64,000 nt of DNA. It comes from Haplodiscus bocki. Lineage: Eukaryota. Location: positions 37,200,001 through 37,264,000 of the forward strand of contig OZ296651.1 in assembly GCA_965655095.1 (NCBI GenBank), given 5' to 3'. A model generated the notes under the pieces. The model was not told the DNA's origin. It saw only the letters and a program-made list of their open reading frames with translations, and made no database searches. The position numbers and the translations under genes are program-made. Of this stretch, positions 1-13,249 are shown piece by piece (the first letter of the stretch is position 1; each line of letters begins with the position of its first letter).

Positions 1-211
1 ATTGACAATTGATGAACAATTTTCCGAATACAACCAAGGAGCGATTGAGTAAAACTTGAGGGATTGGTGGGGAAAAAGTTATATGATTGATCCGTTTTTC
101 CGGTTATGTAACCGTTACATATCTGACCGAAAAAAATGCAACTGTAGATTCTTTTAGTCAAAGCTTCATAAATTTTGCTTTTTGTCATAGGTTTGAGCTG
201 AATTTGACTTA

Positions 212-344
212 CAGTGGAATTAACTCTCGGTAAAAGTGGACGCACTGGAACTTGGTAATTTTATTTCATCTTTTATAGTGGAAAACAACATTGAAAAGGT
301 GTAATTTTAGGACTTGGGATTTTTTTGATTTTACGAAATACCTG
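212..344. mobile_element. Possible degenerate Tc1/pogo-type MITE remnant
   Basis: Reads TA|CAGTGGAA...CTCGGTAAAAGTGGAC at the left end and ...CTG|TA at the right end, i.e. TA flanks and CAG...CTG termini. TIR identity beyond the terminal bases is poor. Confidence 0.25.
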
Positions 345-3300
345 TAGCGTTACTTAATTTTTTGAAAATTTTGTATATTTTATAAATTTGAAGAATTTTT
401 CTCGGAAAAAACCACAAAGTTGCGTGGCGTTGGAGGAGGGACCATACGGACCATCTTAGTGGCGGTGAGAGCGTGCAAACCAGAAATTTTGGATTTTTTC
501 TTATTCCCTAGTCAATATTTTTATAAAAGTGTAAAATACGGGAACGTTTGATTTCATTTATGGCAATTTTCGGGAAAATGGAGTAGGGGTTGAAAGGGAA
601 CCGTATATTTAGCCCAAAACTTTTCCGAAGTCCTGTCCACCTTGGGCGACTATCTTCTCATATCATGATCTCGCATCTTCAAGTTTCTACAAAAAACTGG
701 GCTTCTCTATCTTTTTTCCTGCCGAAAAGTGATCGTACTTTTTCTGAAAGGATATTAGGTCGCTACCAATGTTGAAAGTAAGTTGTTTTTGCCTCAGAAC
801 TTCCAGTGGATTCAATTTTCAAGATTTCGTTCTGACTTTTACTCCTCATAAATTTGTTGAGAAGAAAACGATTTAGTTTTTTCGTATTTACCAGACATCT
901 AAATATGAAATTCTTCCTTGTTAAAGGAAAATAATGACTGATCTTTTATGCAATGTAAAAGCTTTTTCGTTTTAGTGATTTTTCATGCCTGTTTCGCGAG
1001 TAGTTCCAATGTCTGAATAACTTTTCAATTTGCAGTTGAATTTTTTTCATGGTTGTCAATATATTGACATTATAATGAAGGAAAAATGTGATCGTTACTC
1101 ATTAAAAATTTAGAGACGCCAAGGTAGCCAAGATATTTTTAATGAAAAACGACTTGTGCAAGAACTATCTCAAAAGTGGCCAATTATTCAAGAAACCATT
1201 AAGCAAATAACAGGTAAGGCATAGGCTCTGCAACAATGACATTTTGCGTTTCTCGACTTTTTGAAGGGTGGTTTTCTAGGAAAATTAAATTGGCGTCCAA
1301 TATTGCAGTTTTTAATATGGAAGGAAGGCAGCCGACGTTAAAAGATATTATAGAGATGATGCTGACCTTCTTTTCCAAACCACTTGATTATGTCCATTAT
1401 GTAGCAGACGCTTCTGCTTCACTACCTTATAGATGGATCCGTTCGCCGTTGTTCATTCGAGTGAGCTAACATGAAGCCACAGAAATAATTTTTTAAAGAA
1501 AAAGCTAACATTCAACAACCGAAACGAAGAATTCTCTCAGAACTGATTTTCTTATTGCCAATTATTACTAGAATCAAATATATCGTTTTCCTGATCGCAA
1601 AAAAATGGTAGGAGTAGTTGGCATAGTGATTGATAATAGTTGTGATTTCGATCCATTTTTTATCCAATGCCTTTGTAACTCGAGTAACTTAGTTCGCTGC
1701 AGGCTAGTGGCTGCAAAAACTTCTGACAGATGTAATGATTGATAGTGGATGATTAATCGGCGACGGTTAAAGATCAATAGATCTAAACAGCTCATAAAAT
1801 CGGGACCTGTTCAAAACGACAACAACTACAAGGTCTAAATTTGCAATCGTTTCGATTTTCAGTTGGCCGCAAGGTACACGGGCACAGGCATGACTTTACA
1901 GATCATCCGTAAAGCTCATGAAAATTCAAAATTTTTCAAGTTTTTTTTCGTGTTCTCGTCCAATTACTTTGAAATTTTCTGAATTGTGAGTGAATTATTA
2001 AGGAAACTGTTATTGAAGATCTGGGAAACGGTGGGATTACTCAGGATTAGTGTTTACCGAACTTTCTCAACTTTCTGTCCAGCTGAAGATTGATCTTGGG
2101 ATTGATGCTTCACAAATCGAATTACTTCAATCATAATTTAATTGCTTTAGGATTGGGTAGCATATGCTGTACCATCTGGCGTAAAAAAACCTAGGGAATT
2201 TCTGTAAAGCCCTCTGAATAAGCATCAATGTTTTTAAAAACGTCTCGAGTAGTAAGTGACGAAGTGACAAGTTTTTGAACAGTCTTGGAGCTAAAAACTG
2301 CTATTTCTGGAAAGTTTTCGGTATTAAAGCAAATTACCTTATTGAGTCCTGTTCAACAGATAGGAAGCATTGCAATAAAGCGAGCTTTGAGTAAAGGACA
2401 GTTTTCAGAGTTGGTTCACTATCACCCTTTCCATTCCGCTATTTGGATTTTAGTGCCTCTCCAAGAGCCTATGTTCTAATATTTTTTACCCAAGCGATGT
2501 CTCTGGAATTCTTGAAACCAATGTTGCATTACGTAAAGTGCTCTCACATAAAATGGGCTATATCGCATGAGGATCATGTATTGCAAGCAGTCGCAACAGA
2601 AGTTGTTCTATTTCTTTCTGGGAACCATTTGATTTTCCAATAGATTGTTCGGATCTCTTCTGTTAACCCCCCCCTACCCCACTGATTTAACTCCCCTCCA
2701 CACCGTAATGGATATGCGGAACAATAAGCGGTGTAATTGTTTAAATCCTATGCGAGAGTTCTGTTCTGCGTCGGTGGGGGGCGGGGGGAGGGGGGTAAAA
2801 TTTTTGTTACTTCTGGTGCGGGGAAAGTTAACAGCACAGATCCGCTTGTTGTTTTGTTTATTCCACTTTAAGTCTTGCTAAAAAGTGTGTGTGCAAATTA
2901 CCTATATCCATTCGCCCAGAGGACTTATATCCCATGGTCCAGAGAACCTGTCTCCAGTAACCCAGAAGAACACTTTGACTGATAAATTTTGCTGTTAGGC
3001 TAGAATTTTTGTTAGAATTTTTTGGATTTCGCTCGGAAAATTTGCGGGTGGGGTCTGAAACTTTTTGATCTATCTAAATTTACTTTCAATATGTAGCATA
3101 GTTTGACTTACTACTACAATTAGACTAAGGGCAGGAGCTGATTGCAATGTAGTCGCAGCATATCTGCGAAGCCTGTGAGCAGCCAGTACTAAAGGAAAGG
3201 ACATCGCAAGACTTGCAGTAAAACTAAAAATTGACATTTTATTCGGAAATTTCGCTTATATTTACATTTCATCTACTTATAAAGTGATCCCTAAAAATAC

Positions 3301-3588
3301 GGAGCACCCCAGTAAACTGATTCAGACTAGAACTGAACTGTTACGGAAAAAAACAGATATTCACCAAGTAGTTATTATAATAGAGAGGGTGCAATTTTTA
3401 TAAAAATGTATTTATTTATATAATATGAATCCACCTCTAAGATTGTATTGTACTAAAGTGCCGTAGAACAAAATAAATTGACGCTTTTAATGAAGCAACA
3501 AGCGTGCAACTGTAGTAGCTCAGCAAAACAGACTCTAGGAGTGAATATTTATTCCGTCGTACGTATTCCGTCGTTACTAGTCTGCTGA

Positions 3589-4177
3589 TGTTACAGTCAT
3601 TTCAATCAAAATTAGAGTGCCAGCAGGCCGTGCTCAGATAGCCAATTACGGAACAGTTCCAGTTTCACTTCTTTCCGCCTCAGAGCAACACCTCTCAGCA
3701 GTGCTACAAATGAACACGAAACCACTCTAAGTCGAATCCTGACTGAGCCATGAAATCATCATCACCAAAAATGTCATTTTAGTCGCAGAGTTTCACTTTG
3801 GGTCAAACCTCCACGCTCTCGATTTGCTAGCCAAATGATTTTTTTGGCTCTCACCCTAAGTTGGGAAGACATGTGACCAAATGGGTATAAAAACCCAGTG
3901 CACGTCCATAATATTGAGTCGCTCGCTCCAGCTCACCTACCAACTTCCCCGAGCCGAAACTTTTTTCTACTATTTTCTCAATTCCTAATGTTCTCTAACT
4001 TGGGTCCTCTTTTTCTATTCTAAAGCAAACTAAAATCTTCAAATCTGATACTTAGTTCCACTGGAAACATTCCAAGACAACCCGCTGTGAAAATTATCTT
4101 AGAAGACTTTCTATTCCGGGATCAACCAACCCCTTTTCGAGGAACTCAAGCTTCAGTCCATTTCATCGACTCTAACA
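3589..4177 (+). mobile_element. Probable solo LTR (Gypsy-like)
   Basis: Inverted termini TGTTACAGTC (3589-3598) and GACTCTAACA (4168-4177) match 9/10 and give TG...CA ends. Flanks CTGA / ATGA fit a 4-bp TSD with one mismatch. TATA-like TATAAAAA at 3886-3893. Length 589 bp, non-coding. Confidence 0.6.
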
Positions 4178-4594
4178 ATGATATCAGCGACTTTTCCCTT
4201 TCTGACAACTAGTTTAGTAAACCTCGCTAGCACTTCACCTTAGGTTTACGTATTTCAAATCCAGTTCTTTAAAAAACTGCTGGTCGTTAGAAAATCGCAA
4301 AGTTGAAATATGAAGCACTCTGAGTAACGCTGCGAAGGAAACACCGCACCTGAAGAAGCAAGCGGTTAAAGAATGTAGCTCAGTACTGTGCATGTGTTGC
4401 TATACAGCCCAAGATAGAAACTAAACAGCTAAAGTTTTTGCAGTCGTCCAATAAATCTGAGACTTAGTCGCGGAAATTAAAACAAAGAGAAAATTAAAAT
4501 CTGTCGCTCAAATATTATGTTCTGCAAATATTGAGTTTTAACTGAAAAGAGTAATTTAAATGTACAAGCCTGGTCAGTGATCAAAACAAAACCT

Positions 4595-5020
4595 AACAGA
4601 CTTGACTTGTTTAGCTGTTTTATGCATGTTACCAAACTCGGTAATGAAAGACTAAAGAAAAAAGCTTCAACTTGAAAGTAAAATGCATAAAAAACTCATC
4701 AGTGGTTTACGATTGACAAAATGATGAACGTAAGAGACGTGGTTAACCGTTTGATGCATGTTACCAGAAACGTATATAAAAGACTGAAATGTAAAAATCA
4801 AACCCAAAAGTAAAGTGCATGAAGAATCTTACTCATTGAAGTACGCTTCACAAAGGGAGGAAACTAAAAGACTCGACATGGTTAACTGCTCTATGCAATT
4901 CACCAAAGCTTTAGATGAAAGTTTAGGTACCATTCTGTAGCATCACTGGATTATGCGGTTATTTGAAAAGACTGGACTTAAGAAAACAGACTAGTTTTAC
5001 TGCTTCAATGCTCGCTGCCA
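4595..5020 (+). repeat. Old degenerate tandem repeat, ~132-139 bp unit, 3 to 3.5 copies
   Basis: ATGCATGTTACCA at 4622 and 4754, ATGCAATTCACCA at 4893. AAAGTAAA(A/G)TGCAT and AGAC...GGTTAAC recur with the same spacing. Confidence 0.65.
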
Positions 5021-6339
5021 AAAAGATAACTAAATTAAATAAAAACTACATTAAAAGAAAACTAAGAAGAAAAAAACAAAACGGAAAAACTGAGCTGAAA
5101 ACAACGGGTTCAATAATTCGTCCTAGTCGAGAGCCAATAAAACATTATTCGACCTCAGCTGTTAATTTCAGCATAATTTTTCATGTCGATGAACGGAAGG
5201 TTTGTATATTCAGACCATTTATCATTGTAATCTCATCTAGGCTATTACTTTATCTTTTGACTAATTTTGAATACTATCGTTTTTGCTACATCAATTTTTG
5301 CAATGTTATGCTGAACTTTGAAATTTTAGACGTTTTGGGTTCTTCATGTTGTTCTGATAATCGACTTTTCTGTTATTTTTCTCTAAATTTCTTGCTGGAA
5401 GTTAATTATACAGTGATTTATTCTGTTGAGGATCTATTTTGATTAACAGGGAGATAAAATTTACCGAACCTTTTGAATTACAAAATTGATGGTTTCTTTT
5501 CCGGAGGATGGAATTTACAGATTTTTAATATGATGCATTTATTATTCTGGAGATGCTTCTTATAGTTTTGGATTAAAAGTCGAGCAATTGGTACTGGAAT
5601 TTTTGAAACTGGATCGCTCATCTTCACCTCTGTTAATCTCATCTTTCCGAAAAATCACCTCTTCTTGCCCACATTCACATTTGTTAAATTATCTGTCTAT
5701 CCCATATTTTCATAAGATTAAATGTCTTCTAATTTGTAACCTTTATTTGCTCACCAGGTCCTTGCTACTGCAACACTCATGCAAATTTGTCGTTGCGGCT
5801 TAGCCAGGCAAATTAACAAATCTAAAAGTAGTGTAAGGTTCTGAGACTTTCTTGCGCAACAACGTAGACGTTTGGCCGCACACGCCGCTCATCAAAATCA
5901 GTTGAAACGGATATGAACAATTTTTTTTACCAAGTTCTTCAACTACACCCCTGCTACGCGCAACGTTACTTTCCCTCCGATTTGATTGCAAATTTCTGGT
6001 AAACCATCACATGTTTTGCCCCATGTTTAAACATGATCTCTTCAATATTGTTTGTTACCAGTGCTTTCATGAGATGTGAAGAATCCTGCTGTACAATATT
6101 TTTGTATTTTCTAATTATGGAGAGCCTTTTCATAAACTGATTTTTAAAAAAAATATCATGTCGGCGCCGGGATAAGTATTTTTTTCTTCTTTGCCGACGG
6201 AGTAGGCCCGACATTCTATGTCGAGAGATGGAAAAGAGGCGACTTAGGAGGAACGAAATGGATAGTGAGCTGTGCATTTCCAACGTGAGTCGGCATTTTT
6301 GCTTTGTAAATGATATGATGAAAGTAGTTTTCACTAGTT

Positions 6340-6961
6340 TGTACGTTGACTTGGCGTGTCAACAAATATGTTTGCTGCCAAGGAAAAGGATATAAAAAGG
6401 AGAAACGAAAGTTGTTAACTTATAATAATTATCTCTACTGATTGTAACTAGTTGCAGTTTTAATAACTGAAAACAAAAACTAGTTTTGTCTCCGAAGTTG
6501 GAATTGTAAAACAAAAACAATAAATCAGTCTTAAACACTGCTCTGTTATTTTTTGCTTCAAAGTATGGTAACACTGAGGAACAAGCGGGAGTTGGCAGCA
6601 GTTGATAGAGAGAGTCAGGAGGAACACCCTAGGAATAGTCAGTCACGAGACGCAGCCGTTCCTAGAATTCAAGTATCAGTGGAAATAGAAGGGAGGGTGA
6701 CAAGGGTATTGTCTCTGGATTGCAGTAGAACAAAGAGTCGCATTGTGGACGCTCTCTCAATGTTAGAAAAACTCCTTTTTACTCACACGTCCAGGTCTAA
6801 TCAGGAACCGTTCTAAGAACATGTCAGAACTCTAAGGTAGAAAAGCAGGAACCAAATGAAGACCGTTCCCAGATTGCTCCTCGTCCTGAAGTAGGTAACT
6901 GCATTTACCGGTCCCCTCAGTTTATGAACTCAGACCCAGATGAGGCATCTTACATCTTACA
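6340..6961 (+). mobile_element. Probable LTR remnant / solo LTR containing the start of an ORF
   Basis: TGTA (6340)...TACA (6954 or 6961; TCTTACA is duplicated) termini. TATAAAA at 6391, AATAAA at 6519, then ATG at 6565 opening a decayed hydrophilic ORF. No clean TSD. Confidence 0.5.
6565..6954 (+). pseudogene. Decayed gag-like N-terminal ORF of a retroelement
   Basis: MVTLRNKRELAAVDRESQEEHPRNSQSRD...VSVEIEGRVTRVLS...SRIVDALS. After a frameshift it continues (...KQEPNEDRSQIAPRPEVG...SPQFMNSDPDEASY) up to the putative LTR end. The gag assignment rests on context only. Confidence 0.35.
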
Positions 6962-7769
6962 GTAGTACCATCCAAGTAGTGAATTGGCGGGAGAATAGAG
7001 AAACATTTCAAAAGTGCACATTATTCAAAAGCTCACGTGGAAGTGGTAACTATACGCAGAAAAAAGTCTTGCTTGAACTGAGTTTACGTTTTTAATACAT
7101 AATATAACAAAAAGAAAAAGAAAAAGTTGAAATTTCATTTTATTCTCGAATGGAATGTCTTCAACAATAACTGAAAACGCATTGTCTGTTGCTTTGTCGA
7201 TTTTCTAAACATATCCTTTTAATCACTGCTCAATCGATTGTGAAGGAAAGAGAAAAATGTTCACCCAGGTAAGGCAAACAAGGTCTTGTTAATTCCTCTG
7301 TAATGGAGCTCTGCAGAGGCCTAATTTACTGTTTCTTTTTTGCAATATTACATCAACCATACTACGAAGATCCCCCTTAGGTGCACTCAATTGGTTCATG
7401 AGGAGCGTCACAAGGCATTATTACCACTACATGACAGAATTATTTTTGCAAATTGCGACATAATTTTTGCCCTAAGTTATTTCAATTGGTGCAATTAATA
7501 ATTCAAAATTACAGCTTTCACGTAATTACGGACAACAAAATCAATTTTGAATATGAAAGGTTAACCCTGATAAGAAACAAAACAAACAATGATTTTTATG
7601 AAAATCCATGAAAGTTTCAGATCCATGAAATTTTTTAAGAAAAGATTTTTTTGGCAATAAGTCATTTTCGGATATAATTTCTGAGACTGTTAAGACTGAG
7701 TATACTTAGGGAAAATATTCTTTGTTTTCGAAGGGCCTTTAGAAAAATGTAAGCAAATCTTTGTGTATT

Positions 7770-8070
7770 TTGGGTAAGTTGCCTGTCAACATAATGAGAC
7801 TTTTATGGTTTTTTGCAACGTATAAATCAACAAGGCCAAATGCTCCGGAATTGAAGAAAAAGTACGAACAAGGAATCCGAAAAACAAAAAGTAGCGTTTT
7901 TGAAATAAAAAAAAACTTGGAAAAGAATACGAAGTTTTCAAAAATGAGCAAATTTGCTAAGGAATGCATTTGATAGAGCATTTTACATTAAAAAACACTT
8001 CTTTTCTTCTGAAACGCATCTTCTAACAAAGTTGGAGGGCAGATATTATGCTGGTGGTCTCCAGCCGTCC
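7770..8070 (+). mobile_element. 3' part of HINE/DINE-1-like (Helentron-associated) dispersed repeat, copy 1
   Basis: CAAATTTGCTAAGGAATGC core and the 3' end CATCTTCTAACAAAGTTGGAG-GGCAGATATTA-T-GCTGG-TGGTCT-CCAGC-CGTC align with the 3' ends of the copies at 49491, 50221 and 56679. Left boundary approximate. Confidence 0.55.
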
Positions 8071-10679
8071 ACGTACTGAGACTCCATGGGATTCCATCAG
8101 TGGCCATCGGCGGCCCAAGGCCTTGTTCCATGATCTTGGCAAGGAATTCTAAATGGAATGCTGGCCAAATTTTTAGCAAGATCTTGCCAAACGCATAAGT
8201 TATTCAGTTTTTCCATGCGTTCTTGCAAGCCTGCCACGCACTAACAAGTCTTTTCAAAAACTTGGCAAGAAAAACTGCAATGTTAAGGCGGAGATAAAGA
8301 TTCAAAGTTAAATTCACTGCAATGGTTGGATTCCTTTGACAATCATAAATATTTCCCCCACCCACTGCCAAGTCTTTTCAAAATCTTGGCAAGAAGAGAA
8401 AATGTTCAGGCGATGACAAAGATTCAAACTTACATTCACTGCTATGGTTGGAATCTTTTGACAGTCATTAAAGTTTCTGCCACGCACTGCCAAGACTTCT
8501 CAAAATTTTGGCAAGAAAAGTAGAAATGTTCAGGCGGAGATAAAGATTCAAACTTACAATCACTGCTATGGTGGGAATCCTCTGACAAGCATTATTATCT
8601 CTGCCACGCACTGCCAAGTCTCTTCGAACTCTTGGCTGTGAAAAACTAAATGTTAAGGCAGAGATAAAGTTTCAAACTTACATTCGATGCTGTGGTTGGA
8701 TTCCTTTGACAATCATTAATATTTCTGCCACGCACTGCCAAGTCTTTTCAAAATCTTGGCAAGAAGAAAAAACGTTGAGGCGGCGATAAAGATTCAAACT
8801 TATCTTCACTGCTTTGGTTGGAATCCTTTGACAGTCAGTAATATTCATGCCACGCACTGCCAAGTCTTTTCAAAATCTTGGCAAGAAGAAAAAATGTTCA
8901 GGCGGCGACAAAGATTCACACTTACATTCACTGCTATGTTTGGAATCCTTTGACAAGCATTAATATCCCTGCCACGCACTGCCAAGTATTTTCAAAATCT
9001 TGGGAAGAGAAAGAGAAATGTCAAGGCGGAGATAAAGATTCAAACTTACATTCACTGCTATGGTTGTATTTCCTTTGACAATCACTAATATTTCTGCCAC
9101 GCACTGCCAAGTTTTTTTCAAAATCTTGGCAAGAAGAAAAAATGTTCAGGCGGCGAAAAAGATTCAAGCTTACAATCACTGCTATGGTTAGGAACATTTG
9201 ACAGTCATTAAAACTTCTGCCACGTACTGCCAAGTCTTTTCAAAACCTTGGGAAGAAAAATAGAAATGTCAAGGCGGAGATTAAGATTCAAACTTACATT
9301 CACTGCTATGGTTGGATTCTTTTGACAACCACTAATATTTCTGCCACACACTGCCATGTCTTTTCAAAAAACTTGGCAAGAAAAGTAGAAATGTCAAGGT
9401 GGTAAAAAATATTCAAACTTGCATTCACTGCTATGGTTGGATTCCTTTGACAATTAATAAAATTTCTGCCACGCACTGCCAAGTCTTTTCAAAAAATTGG
9501 CAAGAAAGAAATAAATGTTAAGGCAGAGATAGAGACTCAAACTTACATTCAGTGCTGTGGTTGGATTCTTTCGACAATCTTTGAAATTTTTTCCAGTCAC
9601 TGCCAGGTTTTTTCGATATCTTGGCAACAAAAAAAGAAATGTTCAAGCGGAGATAAAGATTCAAACTTACAATCACTGCTATGGTTGGATTCCTTTGCCA
9701 ATCAATAAGATCTCTGCCACGCACTGCCAAGTCTCTTCGAGCCCTTGGCAGGGAAAAAGTAAATGATAAGGCAGAGATAAAGATTCAAAATTACATTCAC
9801 TGCTGTGGTTGGATTCCTTTGACAATTGTTAATGTTTCTGCCACAAACTGCCAAGTCTTTCCACAATCTTGGGAAGAAAAATAGAAAAGTCAAGGCGGAG
9901 ATTAAGATTCAAACTTACATTCACTGCTATGGTTGGATTCTTTTGACAACCACTAATATTTCTGCCACGCACTGCCAAGTCTTTTCAAAAACTTGGCCAG
10001 AAAAGTAGAAATGTCAAGGTGGAAATAAATATTCAAACTTGCATTCACTGCTATGGTTGGATTCCTTTGACAATTAATAATATTTCTGCCACGCACTGCC
10101 AAGTCTTTTCAAAATCTTGGCAAGAAGAAAAAAGGTTCAGGCGGCGATAAAGATTCACACTTACATTCACTGCTATGTTTGGAATCCTTTGACAAGCATT
10201 AATATCCCTGCCAGGCACTGCCAAGTATTTTCAAAATCTTGGGAAGAGAAAGAGAAATGTCAAGGCGGAGATAAAGATTCGAACTTGCATTCACTGCTAT
10301 GGTTGGATTCCTTTGCCAATCAATAAGATCTCTGCCACGCACTGCCAAGTCTCTTCGAGCCCTTTGGAGGGAAAAAGTAAATGATAAAGTAGAGATAAAG
10401 ATTCAAAATTACATTCACTGCTGTGGTTGGATTCTTTTGACAATTGTTATTATTTCTGCCACGCACTGACAAGTCTTTTCACAATGTTGGGAAGAAAAAT
10501 AGAAAAGTCAAGGCGGAGATTAAGATTCAAACTTACATTCACTGCTATGGTTGGATTCTTTTGACAACCACTAATATTTCTGCCACGCACTGCCAAGTCT
10601 TTTCAAAAACTTGGCAAGAAAAGTAGAAATGTCAAGGTGGAAATAAATATTCAAACATGCATTCACTGCTATGGTAGGA

Positions 10680-12183
10680 TTCCTTTGACAATTAATAATA
10701 TTTCTGCCACGCACTGCCGAGTCTTTTCAAAAAATTGGCAAGAAGGAAATAAATGTTAAGGCAGAGATAGAGATTCAAACTTACATTCACTGCTGTGGTT
10801 GGATTCTTGCGACAATCTTTAAAACTTTTTCCAGTCACTGCCAGGTTTTTCGAAATCTTGGCAAGAAAAGCAGAAACGTCAAGGTGGAAATAAATTTTCA
10901 AACTTACATTCACTGCTATGGTTGGATTCCTTTGACAATTAATTATCTTTCTGCCACGCACTGCCAAGTCTTCTCAAAAAATTGGCAAGAAAGAAATAAA
11001 TGTTAAGGCAGAGATAGAGATTCAAACTTACATTCACTGCTGTGGTTGAATTATTTCGACAATCTTTAAAATTTTTTCCAGTCATTGCCAGGTTTTTTCG
11101 AAATCTTGGCAAAGAAACTAGAAATGTCAGGGCGGAGATAAAGATTCAAACTTACATTCACTGCTGTGGTTGGATTCCTTTGACAGAGTGATTATTAATT
11201 CTGCCACGCACTGCCAAGTTTTTTCAAAAAAATGGCAAAAAAAAATAGAAATGTTAAGGCGGAGATAAAGATTCAAACGTACATTCATTGCTATGGTTGG
11301 ATTCCTTTGACAATCACTAATATTTCTGTCATGCACTGCCAAGTCTTTTCGAAATATTGGCAAGAAAAAAAGAAATGTTAAGGTGGATATGAAGATTCAA
11401 ACTTATATTCACTGCTATGCTTGGATTCCTTTGACAATTAATAATATTTCTGCCACGCACTGCCGAGTCTTTTCAAAAAATTGGCAAGAAGGAAATAAAT
11501 GTTAAGGCAGAGATAGAGATTCAAACTTACATTCACTGCTGTGGTTGGATTCTTGCGACAATCTTTAAAACTTTTTCCAGTCACTGCCAGGTTTTTCGAA
11601 ATCTTGGCAAGAAAAGCAGAAACGTCAAGGTGGAAATAAATTTTCAAACTTACATTCACTGCTATGGTTGGATTCCTTTGACAATTAATTATCTTTCTGC
11701 CACGCACTGCCAAGTCTTCTCAAAAAATTGGCAAGAAAGAAATAAATGTTAAGGCAGAGATAGAGATTCAAACTTACATTCACTGCTGTGGTTGAATTAT
11801 TTCGACAATCTTTAAAATTTTTTCCAGTCATTGCCAGGTTTTTTCAAAATCTTGGCAAAGAAACTAGAAATGTCAGGGCGGAGATAAAGATTCAAACTTA
11901 CATTCACTGCTGTGGTTGGATTCCTTTGACAGAGTGATTATTAATTCTGCCACGTACTGCCAAGTTTTTTCAAAAAAATGGCAAAAAAAATAGAAATGTT
12001 AAGGCGGAGATAAAGATTCAAACGTACATTCATTGCTATGGTTGGATTCCTTTGACAATCACTAATATTTCTGTCATGCACTGCCAAGTCTTTTCGAAAT
12101 ATTGGCAAGAAAAAAAGAAATGTTAAGGTGGATATGAAGATTCAAACTTATATTCACTGCTATGCTTGGATTCCTTTGACAAT
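10680..12183 (+). repeat. Higher-order duplication, 6 monomers (746 bp) x2
   Basis: Identical ORF translations at 10692 and 11438 (offset 746). The copies differ by a few SNPs, e.g. cacgcactg at ~11205 vs cacgtactg at ~11951. Confidence 0.9.
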
Positions 12184-13249
12184 GCTTAATAAACCTGCCA
12201 GGCACTGCCAAGTCTTTTCACAATCTTGGGAAGAAAAATAGAAAAGTCAAGGCGGAGATTAAGATTCAAACTTACTTTCACTGCTATGGTTGGATTCTTT
12301 TGACAACCACTAATATTTCTGCCACGCACTGCCAAGTCTTTTCAAAAACTTGGCAAGAAAAGTAGAAATGTCAAGGTGGAAATAATTATTCGAACTTACA
12401 TTCACTGCTATGGTTGGATTCCTTTGACAATCAAAAATTTTTCTGCCACGCCCTGCCGAGTCTTTTCAAAATATTGGCAAGAAGGACAGAAACGTTCAGG
12501 CAGAGATAAAGATTCAAACTCACAATCACTGCTGTGGTTGGATTCCATTGACAACCCTTATTAGTTCTGCCACGCGCTGCCAAGTCTCTTTGAACTCTTG
12601 GCAGGGAGAAAAAGAATGATAAGGCAGTGATGAAGATTCAAACTTACATTCACTGCTATGTATGGATTCCTTTGACAATCACCAAAGTTTCTGCCACGCA
12701 CTGCCAACTCTTTTCAAAATCTTGCCAAGAAAAAAAGAAATGTTCAGGTGGCGATAAAGATTCAAACTTACAGTCTTTGCTATGGTTGGACTCCTTTGAC
12801 AGTCATTAAAACTGCTGTCCCGCACTGCCAAGTCTTTTCAAAATCATGGCAAGATAAAAAATTGTTAAGGCACAGATAAAGATTCAAACTTACATTCACT
12901 GCTATGGTTGGATTCCTTTGACAATTAATAATATTTGTGCCACGCACTGCCAAGTCTTTTCAAAAAATTGGCAAGAAAGAAATAAATGTTAAGGCAGAGA
13001 TAGAGATTCAAACTTACATTCACTGCTGTGGTTGGATTCTTTCGACAATCTTTAAAATTTTTTCCAGTCATTGCCAGGTTTTTCGAAATCTTGGCAACAA
13101 AAGTAGAAAAGTTGAGACAGAGATAAAGATTCAAAATTACGTTCACTGCTGTGGTTGCATTGCTTTGACATTTGTTAATAATTCTGCCACGCACTGCCAA
13201 GTATTTTCAAAATCTTGGTAAGAGAAAGAGAAATGTCAAGGCGGAGATA

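Noticed and set aside
590-2881. Several 60-80 aa ORFs in the left flank
   Set aside because: No motifs, splice support or coding-like composition that I can recognise.
4963-6334. ORFs of 159 aa (+) and 122 aa (-), the latter with a TNNIE..H string reminiscent of GIY-YIG nucleases
   Set aside because: No GIY/YIG motifs or other recognisable domain; composition is typical of chance ORFs in AT-rich decayed DNA.
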